Shown here: positions 1 to 15,000 of the stretch, piece after piece
How positions within the stretch are numbered: the first letter of the stretch is position 1
Layout: the number at the start of each line of letters is the position of its first letter
Source of the DNA: Guillardia theta CCMP2712
Lineage: Eukaryota; Protista; Cryptophyta
Length of the DNA stretch: 64,000 nt
Direction: 5' to 3'
Assembly: GCF_000315625.1 (NCBI RefSeq)
Contig: NW_005434639.1
Span: 124,001-188,000 of the forward strand
Position numbers and translations under genes: made by a program
Notes under the pieces: model-generated
Told to the model about the DNA's origin: nothing
The model's input: only the letters and a program-made list of their open reading frames with translations
Database searches by the model: none

Positions 1-1
1 C

Positions 2-3000
2 GGCGTACGATCTAGAAAAGGTTCCCACTTTCTTCAGCTGAATCACTGGAACAGGATCTAAGAACCCTCTTGAAGTCTCAGCGCTGATATTCGCCACCGT
101 GATGCCCGTTAGCGGGATCCTGATGTTGGCAGAGGTAGCGATCAGAATGGAAACCTGCGTGCCCGCGTTGACATAGTCGCTGATGCGCAGGTCCAGTCGC
201 TGTTGCCTTGCCTCCCATGCTGTGGACGTGCAGACGTCGGGAGGAATTGAACTTTGCGGACGGAAGCAGAGGTCGGTCGGGCCCGACATGTTGTACAGCC
301 AGATGGTGATGAGGTCGGAGGGGATCAGATTCTGGTCAGGGCTGAACTGAACGAAGATGGTGGTGATGGAGCCAGGGGAGGAAGGGTCGAAGGAGACTAC
401 GGGCTGTTTTCCCGCTGTCACCCAGTTCATGGAGACCACCGCTCCGCTAGAAAGCGACCCAGGTCTCATACTAAGAGTTCCGTCCGCAGCGTCCGTTCCG
501 ATCATGAGCGTGGGAGAGTTCTCCGGCAGGTAGGCTTCAGGAAGCATGAGGCCGAGACTAGATGGGATCTCAAAGCTCGCCTCGTCTCCTCGGTTGAAGC
601 AGAACCCAGGTTGAATCGTGATGACCAGCATGTCGGTAGAACACCAGGTCGACCATGTGACGGTGTAGTTGACCACAGGCGAGACTCGAGGGATCAACGT
701 TGTGTTGCCTGCCTGCTGCACGAAGTCAGCGAGCAAAGCTTCCAGCTCAAGGAGAGCTGGAGGTTTGCCGACAACTGTCGAGTCGCAAGACACGCGCTGC
801 CCGGCTACTGTGTCGTTTGAGTTGTTGAAGGTGGAAAGAACCAAACTTGCGTCTTGAACAGAGCATTCAAACCCTTTGCTGCATTTCGAGAAGTTTGTCT
901 GCAGGAACGGGAACAGGTTTTCCGCGGGAGTTTCGACGAATTGGAAATTCGTTGCACTCGACAAATTTGCCTCTTGAAAGACTACGTGCTCTGTGTTGAC
1001 AGACTCCTGCGTCTTCTGGAAGTGAGGGAGCCTGAGGAAAATATTGTCGTAGGCGAACAACTGGACTGAAGTCTTGAACTGCAACTTGAGCTTGACCGGT
1101 TGGCTGGTGACCCGGGGGATATAACTGAGCGTTGCAGACTCGAAGGCAGCGACTGACTGCGGCTCTATGAAGATCCATGGCAGCGAGACGGCTGGTGATT
1201 GGAATTTTTCCTGACCTTGGAGCTCTGTGTAAAAGTCTCGTAGAGTCCCACAGCTGGAGTTCGTTGTCCAGTTGCAAGGTGACAGATGGAGCAGTCGGAG
1301 CGTGATGTTGTGACCTGATAGCGGTACGCCAGAGCTCGGCAGCCTTACCCCGTACGAGCTGGAGACGGTGAAGCTGATCTGTTCCCTTGCAGAGAAGTTC
1401 CTCTCGGGAGAGATGTAGACTGCAGCACAGGTGCTCGTCACCAACATAGTCACGTTGAGGCCTTCGTGTACGTCGTTGAGGCTCGTGCAGGAGGCGTTGC
1501 AGCGTTGCTGACAGACATCCTGGGAGCTGTTGAAGAACGAGAAACTCTCGCATTGCTGCATGAGGGCTCCGGCGTACCTCAAAGGGTCAGAGCAGAGTCT
1601 CACGCATTCAGCGTTACAAGCTGCCGTGACCTCGGCCTGCTCTGCCACCTGGTTGACGTGAAACCCTGGGAGGATGAACTGCAGCGAGTCCTCTCGTATC
1701 AAGTCGATGTCAAGGGAGAACCCAAACTTGAGGTCTGTGACTTCGTTGGCAAACGCGGGGGTACTGAACTGCAAGCTCGGGCTCAGCGCAAAGATCCCGA
1801 CGGGCTGGGAAGCCTTGAGGGCGACGGGGTAGACGAGGCCGCTGGACGCGTCGGTCCACACCTTGAAAGACTGGTTGCTGCCTGCTATGCTGAAGGCTGG
1901 GGTCTTGAACCCCTCGCTCTTGGGTATCATAACAGATACATGATCTCCCCTGCCGATCGGGCGGTTCACCACGAGCCGCAAGGTGGAGCTGGCAGCTGAC
2001 CAGGTGGCGTTTGCCATGCTTGAGTTGTCTCTTCCGCAGTCTGAGAGATACTCGCTGGAGTTGAGACTGATTGGGTCGTAAAGCAACCAGGCAAGCTGGT
2101 GGAAGTCGACGAAGGGGTTTCTGTTGCCTTGGTACTCTTCGATCAGATCGTTCCTCATCATCTCTACTTCACTCGGCGGGTCCTCTATGTTCCACCTCAG
2201 CAGGGTGGGCAGCTGACCCATGTAGCAGTCTGAACGGAAGCAGCCGTACTGTGACTGGTCCGAGAAACAGCAACGGGTTTGCTCATCAGGACTGAAACCC
2301 TTGAGGTCGAGATTCGCCTCACCATCTTCTCCGTCGTACCTCAACGACATGTATAGCAAGGATCTCGCGATATCTCCCCTGACTTGCGCCGGAGGTTCAA
2401 AGAGGTCAGTTGAGACGCTCCACTCTGAGCTGTAGCGCACTTTGAGGTCAAAGTCCGCCATGCAGCTGTCATCGCACATGTCAAAGAGCATTGCCGTCTT
2501 ATTGTAGTACCGGCCCTCGGTGGCTCGGTACAGCTCGGGCTCGTGGAGCAGACGGTTGAGAGAGACCTCGCTGGGGTAGCGATTGTGGAAGTCCAGCGAG
2601 GGAGGGAACAGCACGCTGTCAGAGTCTTCACCGCAGTAAGGTTCCGATCCCATCGACCTCGACCACAAGTTGGTGAACTTCCATGAGGAGTTGTCGAGGC
2701 TGAAGTTGAGCACCCTGCCGCTGTAGATCGAGCGCACTGGCCCCCATTCAGCGACCCTCCTCTCCATCTCGAACAGCTTCGCCATCGATGCCGCTGAGCC
2801 CGCTGGGCGCTGGTGCGTCCTCCTGATACGATCGTGCATGGCTCTGCGGAGCTCAACCCCTCCCTTGCCGCAGACCCCGCGGTAGTAGCCGGCTGCAAGG
2901 GAGCTGCCGTCCTGGTACTCGTTAGAGACACAAGGGCTGCAGATGTATTGAGTGGGCAGTTTGGAGTCAGGGAGTTGTCGATGCGTGTAGTGCCCGGAAG

Positions 3001-6000
3001 ACTCCACAACAGGCTCGCCGTCTCCTCCTGCTCTCTCGAACCCCTCGAGGCTGACGTAGACGTGCTCTCCCCTCAGGAGCGGCATGTTGGGACTGAACTC
3101 AAACTGGATGTAAGTATCGGTGTTGGGTCTTGGGTCCCACTTGAGGGTGCTGACTTGGAAGCTGCCGATAGTCGGAAAGCTGCTGATGGCGTGCTTGAGG
3201 AATTTGCCATGGGCCCCGTGGGCACTGATAGTTACAGGGTTGCTCTGTGCAGACAGGCCGTCGGGTGGGAGGCTCAACCCGGACTTGGAAGGGATGATAA
3301 CGATGACGCGCTTGTAGGGCTCCAGGTCTCGCTCGCAAGTAGTAGTCAGCACTGACGTGCTGTGGTTCCAAGAAGCGAAGGTGAAGAAGCCAAGAGGGTA
3401 GGATTGGATGGGGAAGCATTCCCCCCCAGACAAGGAGAAATTCTGGAATTCAAAGTTCACGACAGATCCTTTGGAGAGCTTCATGCCAGCAAGAAATCCC
3501 AAGTACATGGTGCAGGGAAATCCAGGATTGAAAGGAACAGGGTATATGAACGAGGGGTGGCTGAAAAATCCCAGGCTCGTTACCGGAAATGTCAAATTCT
3601 CCACCACGCCATACTTTGCAAGGACAGTGATCATCGAAGTGGTCTCAATCGCCTCTATCCCGTACTTGTAGTAGAGAGCATTTTCCGGGGGGATGAAGAG
3701 AGTAGTTTGCATGCAGGATTCCGTGTGGAAAGAGCCTTCCATGAGAGTAAGAGTCAGTTGAGAGTCGGACCAACGCCCTCGCATTCTATCTTGTCCGTCA
3801 ACCAAGACCCTGATCCCTTGCATGTCATCGGCAGTTACAAACGGCAAGACCAATTTGATTGTGTCAAACTCGTACAACGGGAACGAGAGCGAGAAAGCGA
3901 GCGTGAGCTGGATCGGAGAATGGTCATCAGCAGCATCCAGCGAGATTTCTGGTCTGACCATGAAATTTCCGAGCGGCTCGATTCTCATTGGGACCGCAAA
4001 CTTCTTCATGGCATCATCGTACACAAACATTGCCCCCTCCTTCCATTCAGCTGGAATCCCAGTCTTGGGGAGCACGATCCCAACGCTGCTGGGGATCATC
4101 AGGTCAAAGTGCTTCAACCCGACCTGCATGTCCGATGCTGACTCAGCGCTCTCGTACACGAGACGCAGCTCATTGTGCTCCTCGCAGGTGTCGGAGCAGG
4201 AGACGTACTCCAGCACAGTGCTGGGCATACAGGAAGGAAAGTCAATCGCCAACGTCTGGTTCGTCCAACTGTTGTTCATACAGACGCGGGTGCAGGAGCG
4301 TTCGTACACCCACGTCATGTTGAAGCTCGTGGTGGGCTGGGGGGTGCTGATAAGAAGGTTTTCAAGTGAAGGCCCAACGAAGCCCGGCAGGATCAAGCTG
4401 ATGACGTATCCTGACTTGGGCCGCCTGAGGCAGATCTTGATGAAGAGCTGAACCAGACGGTCAGCGTTGAGCAGCTCAAACCGGAGGACGGGAACTTCGC
4501 ACACAGGCGCCGAGAAGAGGCCGATGGGAACAGCCGCAAAGGGAACCTGTGTGGAGTTGACAAGTTGATGGTATGGTATCACCCCAGCAGTGGCGTCGAA
4601 CGAGACGGTGAAAGCTGCATTGTTGAGAGCAAACCCAGTAGCAGGTAGCGTGATCCCAGATTCCGACGGGATCCAGACAGTTACATGTTGGTCTGGTAAG
4701 ATCGTATTGTTGACTACAAGCCGCATCGTCCCCAGCGACTGGCTCCATGTAGCTTCAGAGAAGAGTCTGTCAGGTAGAGAAAACAAGGTCAGAGAGGAAT
4801 TTGAGGGGCCGGACAAGCCTTGCAATCGCAGCAAGATTGTTTCTCCCTTGTTCATGTTCACATTCACAGAGAACACAAACTTGATCGTGGTTGTCTCTCC
4901 AGCAATCGGCGGCAAGAACAACAAACCAGCGAAGTTGACTGAGCCAATAAACGAATAATTCAGGATAGCTCGCTCGAGCACTGGGCCTTCTTTAGCATCT
5001 GTCCTGATGGTGAAAGTGTGATTTGAGCCAACTCCTGCCTTGGGTACGATGATCGAACAGTGGGAGGAGGAGACGAAAACCCAACTTGCGTTTTGTGATG
5101 CGAAGGAGGAATCATTAACAGGTGTGAAAGCAGCAGACACGTTGAACGAGAGAGTTTGCTCTTGAGGATTCCAGCTAGCATGATAGAAAAGCTTGTGAGG
5201 ATGAGACGTCACAGGAAACTCATGGCAAACAGCCCCGGAGAAACCAGCGAGCTTGACAACAACAACATCCCCTGGGCTCAAGTCCATGTTCGGGGTGAAG
5301 GAAACATTGATATCAGTAGGACTTCCATAGATACGAGGGGAAAACACGATGGAAACGTCGGAGAAGGAGCCAACAGGAGGGTTCTTGAGAATGGGAGTGA
5401 AAGGGATGTTTCCGTTCCTTGACATGACAGATATTGTCGAAACATTTTCATCCCTCCTCAAAGGCCGATGGGGTAACATGATTCCATTTTGCCAAAGGAA
5501 CTTGACGACGATTGGCTGCATCGAGGGGACGGAGGCGTTGAGCACTGTCAGAGCTATTCCTGTGCTGTTGCAGTTGGTGATCCAGTCAGGATGGAAGACG
5601 TCTTGCATCGCTGCTGCAACCTCGACCTGCTTCGAGTAGTCCTGGCGCTGGAAGCCGTGAAGGTAGATAAAAACTCTGTCTCCTCTGATCAGGTCGAAGG
5701 TGACTGTGAACTTTACCTCAACCTCCACCACCGCGTTCACGATTAGCGGAGAGTAGGAGAGAGAGGTGTCCATAACGATGCCAACGGATTGTGCGAACAG
5801 CAAGTCGGTGGAGGGGACGGGACCGTTGAACGCAGATGTCAAGATCTTGAAACTGGTCTGGTTGGGATACATCCCACCGACGGGGATCTTGATCCGTGCG
5901 GATGGATCAACGTAAATCTTGACATTCGTATCGATCTGCACATCGGCTGAGAACACGAACGTCAACAGGCTTCGTGCTCTATCTACCGTCCCCACCAGCT

Positions 6001-9000
6001 CAGCTCTTGTACCATCTTCATACAGGCAGGCACCTGTAAAGTTCTGAGCTTCAAAGTCGATCAAGCTGTACTCAAGAAACATCTCATCTGCTGCTCTAAT
6101 GTGCATCCTCACTCCAATCATCATCAGCAGCGCTGCATACTGCCCAGCGACGGGCGGCAGGAGGAACAGTCTGGGGTAGACGAAGGAACCCACTGGGAAG
6201 ACATTGGAGAAAGAAGTCTGCTCTGTTTGGACAGCGATGGAGATGTTGTATACGGTGCTAGAGTAGAGTCCTGACCTGTAGATAGGACCATCATCACTGG
6301 CTACTGCGATCCAGAAATTAGATTGGTTCTCCCGCACTCCTACCACCGGTATCACTAGGCCCAGAGTTCTTGGCAGCACAAAACTGATCAAGGTCTCTGC
6401 CGGGACGTCATCTTGGCTGTCGACGACAATCAGAGAGTCAGAGGCGTTCCATGACACGTTGAACGACAGGTTCCTGTCAGAGACGACTGGGAAGTCAACG
6501 AACGAGTCCCCTTGGAAGTTGGGCAAGGGAAACGTGATGGTCTCCCTCATCGCCAAATCCATGGAGAGGGCGAGAGAAACGAAGATGTCCGCTGCTTCCC
6601 CAGCCTTACCCAAATGCCGCATCAGGTGAGGGTCCAAAACCGTCTCGAACCTGATGGTGGGCCCGTACAAGATTGACCCGATAGTGTCGACGTGGATGGG
6701 GACAGGGGTCCGAGGGCCGTAGAATGCGTTGCTGGCGATGGTGAAATTCTGCTGTTTCCTGATTCCGTTCACTGGTAAACTGATCCCAGCGTCAGTACCA
6801 ACAACAACCTCGATAACTTCGAGCGGGTCGATCCGCTGTGAGACGATCATTACCAGAGTCTTAGTTTGCAAGTTCCAGGTAGCGTTCTGAAGGTGAGGAG
6901 AGAACTGTAGGGTAATGTTCGTATTGCTGTCCCCTCCGAAGGAATCGAGCTGTAAGATGATAAGTTCTCCCTCCAAGATCTTCATGGTAGGGACGAAGCG
7001 AAGAAACAGGTTGGCGACAGCTCCTGCGTACCGAGGCTCGAAGGTGACGTAAGGGGCGCTGTCCAAACTCGTCGACCCGTAGATCATCCCGACAGGATTG
7101 GAGCGAGGGACTTGGATCGGGAGCACCGGGCCGTCAGTAGCATTGCAGGAGATGAAGAAACCCGACTGGTTCCACTCGAGCCCCACCTTGGGCGGTATGA
7201 GACCCTGGTTGGCGAGGACTTCAAGGGTCAAGCTCGAGTGCGCAGAGAGGTTGGCTCCTATCAGAAACTCCAACTTCTGCCCGACGGGATCCCACATCGC
7301 CGATGTCACCACCTCTGGAGGGAGACTGCCGACTCGGATGATCCTCTGTTCGGAGGACGAGGAGTAGAAATTGGGGAGGTCGAGACGGATCGTTTCGCCA
7401 TTGTTCAGCTCCATGGGCACTTGGAGGAACAGAGTCATCGTCGTTGGTAGGGTCGGGGTAAACCTGAGCTCAGGCGACCTCTCCTCCAATCGCAACCGGG
7501 CAAAGAAAGATCCAACGGGCCTGACTAGCGCGGGACTGACACTCGACACCGGGCCCTGGGCCGCGTTGACCGTGATCAGGATTCCGTGCTGCTGGCGTCT
7601 GACGCCGGACTCCGGTAGGTACAGTCCAGAAGCGTTGAGGACCTTGATGAAAATCCGGGTACCTGCAAGGATGGTGGGCCCGGCACAGGAGTCAGCGACT
7701 GTGAAGGTAAGAGTGGACGTGGTCAAGTTCCAAGAAGATGTAGAGATCTTGGCAGCTGGCTCCACATGGAGGGAGAGAGGGGACAGCGAGGAGCCCTGAA
7801 AGCTAGGCAAGAGCACAGTGAATGTCTCGCCGGGGAACAAGGGCATGCTGAACTTGAGTTGCATTGATATGTTGACATTCTCCCCTGCTATCGGAGGCTC
7901 GAAGTAGATCAGACTCTCCATCACAGCTCCGACGGGCTGTACGAAGTCTACGCGCGCGTTCCTCACCGCCCCGTCGCGGGAGTTGGTTGAGACCCTGAAG
8001 TCGAAGACGTTGAAAGGGACCCCGTAGGTCGGCAACCGAAATTTGGACGAGCGGTCGAGCTTGATGGAGCATCCTTGAAAGGAAGGGATCTTGGAGAACA
8101 CGAGGAAAGAGATTTCGTTGACTGAAGGATCCCAGGAGGAGAAGTTCACCTCGCAACCCTCGCTCACCGTTTGGACTTCATCTCCCTCCCATGCAAACTC
8201 CGGCAGCGAGAAGACGACAGACTCGCCGGAGCCGATATCCATGCCGGGAGTGAAGGAGAAGATGACGTCGACAGACTGGTTGGCGACCGGAGAGGAAAAG
8301 TGCAGGGAGGAGTAGGCGAACCTTCCGATGGTAGAGACGAAATCGAAGTAGAAGGGGAAGGGCTTGATCGAGGAGGTATAGAAGGTAACAGTAAACTCAT
8401 GCACGTTCCTGGTCCTGATCCCGGGGAAGGGGAGCAGGAGGGCAGCAGAGGAAGGGACTTCGACGTGGAAGAGTTGATCCTTCTTGACGACTTGGCCACA
8501 CCTCACAGTGACATTGAACCGTTGGAGGACTGGAAGCCACTGAATGTTGACTAGGTCTTTCGAGGACCCTTGCAAGCCTGCGATCTGAGAGATAGCTTCG
8601 CCAGTGAAACCTGGCAAGTGGATCAAGAAGTACTCCTGCGCAACGATGTCAAACGCAGGGACGAAGGCGATGATGATTGCTGCGGCTTCTCCTGCATTGA
8701 TGGGGTTGAAAGTGATGGACGAGTTGGTAACGTTATTGACGTAAGGGCCACTGGCGGCATGCCGGAACGGCCGGCAGTCCTTGCACTGCACTTGAGACGT
8801 GTAGACAAGAGAGGTTGTGGTCGAGAAGTTCGAACGACCGACGATCCTCGTGTTGAAATTTGACAAGTACAACTTCAGGAGGGTCCCGCGCGGAATGCTC
8901 TTCCTCCCAACCGTCAACAAGAGGGTCTCGTTGGAGGGGAACCAGAGGGCCTCGTGTACGGTCGAAGTGTAGGGCTCGAACAGGAAGGAGGAGGAGTTGT

Positions 9001-12000
9001 ACATCGATAGGCTCTGTGCCGTCGCCCCCCCAATCTGATCCGGGCAAGAGGCCGATGGGTCCAATCTCTGGGCGTTCAAGGCAAACCCGTCTTTCAAGCA
9101 CCTGCTCATGCCGATACCAGCCTGACATAACGATACCTTCTGTTGGGGGTTGTCCAGACTGAAGTAGGCGCTTTCTGACGGGCATGTCGGCGACAGAGCC
9201 GGAGCAGGGCAGTAGCTGGGGCAGAGGAAAGAGGCGCAATCTGCAATCTGCAAGTCTGCAATGTCTTCGATGCCCCAGCCGCAGCCGAGGAGAGTACGTC
9301 TTGTGGTGACGTCACAGACTCTGTCGACAGAGAAGAGGCCGGCAGACAGACCAGCCAGCGGTACTTGACATGTATCGTTGCAGTCGGAGCGCTGGAGACC
9401 GTGCAGTTCGAGCTGTACGGAGGAGCGAGGCTCCAAGTCGACGTCAAATCTCATCACGATCTCGACCTCGGCGTCATACCCGACCCTGCTGTCGTTCAGT
9501 CGAACAGAGACTGGGTACTGCAAGGGGGCCAGCCCGCTGACAACGAGAGGGAAAGAGTCCAAGATCAGCCCTTGCTTCGCGTTGCAGGAGAGCTGGAAGG
9601 ACGTCTCGTCCAGCTCGTCCCTCATCAGGTATACTCCAGCTGGGAGAGGTACTCGGACCGTGATTTTCTCTCGAGCGCCGACAGACTGATTGAACACAAA
9701 GAAGATTGGTAGGACGATACTCTGATTCCCACCTGTCCCATTCGCGCCAGGGTCAGAGGGTTGGGTGCAATCGCCGAGGTCAACGCGGCCATGGCTGAAG
9801 GAGGTGAAGTTCTCAATGCAGCAAGAACTGCAGGACTCAAGGAAGGTGCCCCTTAGCGGGAGCTTCAACCTAACGTGCTCGCCCTCGTCAATTCTCATCG
9901 TGACCACAAACGAAAGCTCAAGTGCGCTGATGTTGTTGTTGGAGCATCTCTCCGGATCGAAGGCCAGGTGGCTGTACTCAAAGGCTCCGATCCTCGGGAA
10001 GTGTTGTATGTACGTGATGGGCTGGATGGGGATGGAGCCGTCCACAGCGATGGCTGCCACTCGTGGTTGGCGGATGTCGATGCCTCCAAGGAGCCCCGTG
10101 CTCGGGAGCATGAGACCGGAGGAGGAAGGGACTATCACTGAGATGTTCTCGTGGATGGAAATTTCTCGTGAGACTGTCAAGGTTAACGATTCCAGGGCCT
10201 GGTTCCAAGAAGCCCTCTCGAACCTAGCTGGGTCGCTACTGGAGATTCCGACGCAGAGAGGTCCGGAGACGCCAAGGAAGAGAGGGAGGTAGACGGTGAT
10301 AGTGTCCTTGACCACCAGCATCATCTCCGGGACGAATGAGATAGAGATCTGAACGGGAGCGCCTGCCATGGGAGGGTTGAAACTGAGGACGAACGAGTCC
10401 AAGAACGATCCGATCGACTGGCTACTAACGAAAGGAGTGAGAGGATGCTTACTCACCGGGCCGCTGGCAGCGTTGGTGCTGATGCCAAGGTTGGGTTGGT
10501 TGAGCCGAATGCCGTCGTCAGGGACGATGATCCCGAACGAACTAGAGATGTTGACATCTACTTTGAAGAAGGCTGAGATCTCCGAGTCCACTGTAAAGAT
10601 TAGCTGCATCGTGCTGTTCTCCCAGCTGGCAGACGTGATGGACCCGTTGGTCGCCGTCACCGAGCCGTTGACGCTGGCGCCATAGAACTTGGGGAGCTTG
10701 AGAACGATGAGCTCTCCCGGCGCAAGGGGCATCACAGCCTGGAAGCTGAAGAACAGAGAAGAGACATCCGCAGCCTTGGCTGGATAGAAGCGAAGGACAG
10801 TAGTGTCCATGAACGATCCCAACAGCTGGTACTCGGTCACGAAGGTCGGGGGGATCCTCGGAACGGGCCCGTACTTTGCAGACGAGAAGATTGTGAAGTT
10901 TCGGCTGCCGGCCGTGACGCCATTGTGCGGCATGATGATGCTGGCGTTCGTCGTCAAGGTGAAGATGGTGTTCCCAGGAACATCGGCGAAGAACTCGAAG
11001 GTCAACATCTCCTCCGTCTTGTTCCAGCTTCCCACAGCTTGGGTCTCGGAGGAGGACACGATGACGGGGAATGGGCTCTCGAGCACCGAGAATCCAGGGA
11101 GGATGATGCTGATCTTGTCGCCGGGGATCAGTCTTGACGTCAGCTCCAGTCGCACCTGAACGTTGCCGGGGACCTGAGAGATGCTGTTGGGGGCCATGGG
11201 CTCGATATAGCTAAGGGCAGTGTTATTCTTGAAGTAACCGATGTACTGGATGTCACGGAAGAGGACTTGCTGTATCTCACCGGCGGACAGATTCCCCTGG
11301 AGGGAGATGAAAGATGCCTCGTTCACCCCCTTCTCCGGCAGCAAGATACCTGCTGCATCGGGGATTACGAAGGAGAAGCTGAAGTAAGGGTCCCGGTAGA
11401 CTTTGTTCACAAACGTGATCTCCACTCCCTCCGTTGACTCGCTGACCGTGATCGAGCGCTCGCTGTCCTCGAGCGTCAGAGCCTGCAGGTCTGACCTGTT
11501 GCTGAGCCTAAAGTCTGGGAGTTTGATCAAGAGACTGTCGTCCACATAGGTCAACACGTCAAAGGCCATCACGACTGACAACTCCGTCGGCATGCCTGCC
11601 CTGGGCTCCTTGGAGAACCGGATGGAAGAGACGTTGACCGAGCCGTACTGCTTCACTTCCTCTGACTTCTCTATTGGAATTGCTTGGCTGATCGGAACTT
11701 CTCCATCCGTCGCTGAAGACGCCAGGGTGTTGGCCTGGTCGTTGAGCCCGTTCCCCCTGCTCGAGATTGTGACCGACGATTGCGCGATGCGCAGGGTCAG
11801 TTTGGTGAATGCCGGGATATTCGTCTGGACGGGGAGGACGAAGGAATAGTCGGGGCTCGTCTGACTCCAGCTAGCCTCATTGATCCCTCCAGCTGGGCCT
11901 TCGAGGACCTGTACGTTGATGCTCGCCCCGTCATTTCCATCAAGCCCAGGAATACGGAGAACAATGTTGTCGTTGGGCTGCAGGTTCATGGTCGGAACAA

Positions 12001-15000
12001 AGGAGACGGTTATAGAGGGGGAGGAGCCGATTTGCGGGGGGTCAAAGCGGAGGGAAGTTTCATAGAAGAACCCAACAGGAGTGTAGTCCGTGATGGGGGT
12101 GGGTGGGATAGGAGCTGCTGGAGCAGAGCAAGAAACGTTCATCTTACCCGCGGACAGAGTGATTCCCAGCTGAGGGAGAGTGATTCCGATCGACTCGGGC
12201 ACGACGAGGGTAACTTCGACGTTCTGGTTGATGCACTGATTGGCAGTCAAATCCAGCATTTCGGACGAGGGGTCCCAGATGAAGGAGAAAGGGACGTTGG
12301 AAGTGGATACGAGATTTCCGCTCGTGGCTCCTCCGTTGAACCCACCAAGGTAGATATGGAACAACGACCCCGACTCGATCGGCATGGTTGGGGTCAATAC
12401 TATGGTGATCTCGACTGAATGCCCAGCACGGAGGGGCGCAAACGTAAGTCCGAAGGTTGTAAAGGCACCAGCTGGGCTGATCTGCTTGATTCTGATGGGC
12501 AGGACCGGTCCAAGGACGGCGTCAGTGCTGATGTTGGGGAGATAGGTGTCCAAGACACTGCGGTCTATCAAGCTCCCGCAGGAGGAGGTGTGAGTCAGCA
12601 AGCCCCGAGCAGGGAGCTTGAAGTTCTTGATCTCCACCTTGAGGTTTGACTGGAAGACGTCCTTTGCCAGGGTCAGCACCATGTTGTTGGTTGCTAAGTC
12701 CCAACTCGCCCCCGACGCGAAGCCTTCGGGGACGGTTACGATCTCCGAAGAATGGATCTGGTCCTGGTATACCTCAGACCTCTCAAACAGAGGCAGATTT
12801 AAGACCACATGGTCCCCCTGCTGAATCGGGAGATGAGGAGTGAAGGAGAAGGAGATCACGTTAGCCACTCCCACTTGCCCTGGGATCACCTGGAAGGTCG
12901 TCGAGGACAGGAAAGTCCCCACAGCGGGAGACTGCCAGACTGGGGTCGGGAGGATCGGGCCGTCCGAGCTGGTGCAGGAGATCTTGATGTCTCCGTTGTT
13001 GAGGTTCGTCCCGTAGACCGGGAGCACGAGGCCCGATTCGGAGTGATACACTGAGAGCGAGATCGAGACGTTGGCTGGGATCTCCTGCACGACTGTGAAC
13101 TCAAGGATCTGAAGTCTCGTCGACCACGACGCTCGAGTGATGTAGTGCTGGGGGTCTACGACAGAAATCTGACCAGGGAGAAGGGTGAAGGACGGGAGGG
13201 AAAGTCGCACAAAGTCGTCCTGGAAGATCTTCATGGAAGCCCGGAAGCGGAAGAAGAGGTCGGAAAGCTCTCCAGCCCTCTTGTTTCCGTAGTCCAGCCA
13301 CGAAGTGCCGGCGAAGGAGCCGATGGGAGTGTACTGGACGGGAGAGAAGGGAACAGGTCCATCGAGAGCGTTGCACTTGATGTAGATTTTTCCTCTAGCG
13401 ATCCCTTCCTCTGGGATCTTGAAGCCGACGGACTGAGGGACAGTAACGACGACGGATTCCCCTATCACGACTGAGCTCTGCGCTGTCAAGCTGAGGATCG
13501 AGAGGCTCCCTTGCCATGAAGCTTGGATGAAGCGCAGGTTCGTGGAGGTGACGGTGAACTGGGACGGGGTGGCCTGGAACCCTGGCAGGAAGAGCTCAAC
13601 AAGTTCGCCGGGGGCGATCTTCATGGTCGGGGTGAAGGAAGCTTGCAATGAGGTCTTGACCTGTGAACGAGAGTTGTAGGCAACAGGTGGGGTGAAGACG
13701 ATGTTGACATTCTTGTTGGGATCCGCGTTGTAGAAAGACCCGATGGCCTGGATCTTGGTCAGAGGGGCCGACAGGACAGGCCCGTCCTGTGCGTCAGAGT
13801 TGATGTTGAAACGAGTGTCCCCGTCCCTCACGCCCTCTATCGGCACTTTGATCAGGACAGACACGTTGATAGTCAGCACGACGACAGAGAAAGCCGAGAT
13901 GGTTTCGTTTGCCACCAGCCTCATCTTGCCCCTGTTCTCGTCCCATATCACCGTCCAGTCAGTCCCGTTCGAGGGCAAGACTCCGTCGGCCCGCTCCGAG
14001 ACGTTCTTGAAGTCGTAGAAGGTGATTGTGATCGATTCACCTCTGAGGATTGTCATCGTTGGCTGTACGACAACTCCGATACTGTTGATGCCCGACAGCA
14101 ACGACGAGGACGAGACAGAGCCATAGAACCCGACCTCGCTCCGGAGGAAGTTGCCGATCGGGACAACGTGAGTGATGCAAGAGGAGAAGTTGCCATAACG
14201 GGAGGTGAAGGCTTGCAGTGTGTAACAACTCAGCCTTCGGATGCCTGCCTGGGGAATGACCATCCCCACACTTGACGAGATGAAGACCGAAGAGTTGCCG
14301 AGAAGACGAACGTGAGACTCGAAGGTCATCAGGAGCTCAGAAGTCGAGTTGGCCCAACAAGCAGACAAGGCATGCTTCATGCTCTGCCCTGAGATCGAGA
14401 TCGTCAACGTCCGAGGGTCTTGACAGGAGCCCTCGCTGTAAAAGTCAGGGAGATGGAGTCTGAGCGTGTCGTTGACGTCAAAGGAGATATCGCTCTCGAA
14501 GGAGATCGAGAAGTTTACTGGAGAGAGAGAAACCTTGTCGCCGAAGTTGAGCGACGTCGATAGGATTCCAGTCAAGTTGAGGTTGTTAATCGGTTCTAGA
14601 TCTCCATACCTGGAGCAGCCCACCAAGAAATTGTTGGAGGTCGCCCAAACCATTGACACTTGATCAACCATGAGTGCTGAGTCTGCAGTGATTGTCAACT
14701 TCACTTCCCGTCCGAGTGGGAGGTTGCCAAGAGATGAGAGAGTGAGAAACTTTTGATCGAAGCCTTTGACCTCCTCATACTTGCAAGGACAACTCTGATC
14801 CGCCTGACTGCCGTTGCCGCACGAACTGGTTCCCCAGAGCGCTTGGAAGGAAGCTGAGTCCTCTCCTGCCAGAGAGATCTGCTGGTTGCCGCTCGCTCGG
14901 CCCAGGAACGGCAGAAGGAGGATGAGACTATCGTCTTTGAATATCACTTTCCTTGACTTGATGGCGAAGCTGATCTCGAGGTACATGCTCCGGTCCTTGG

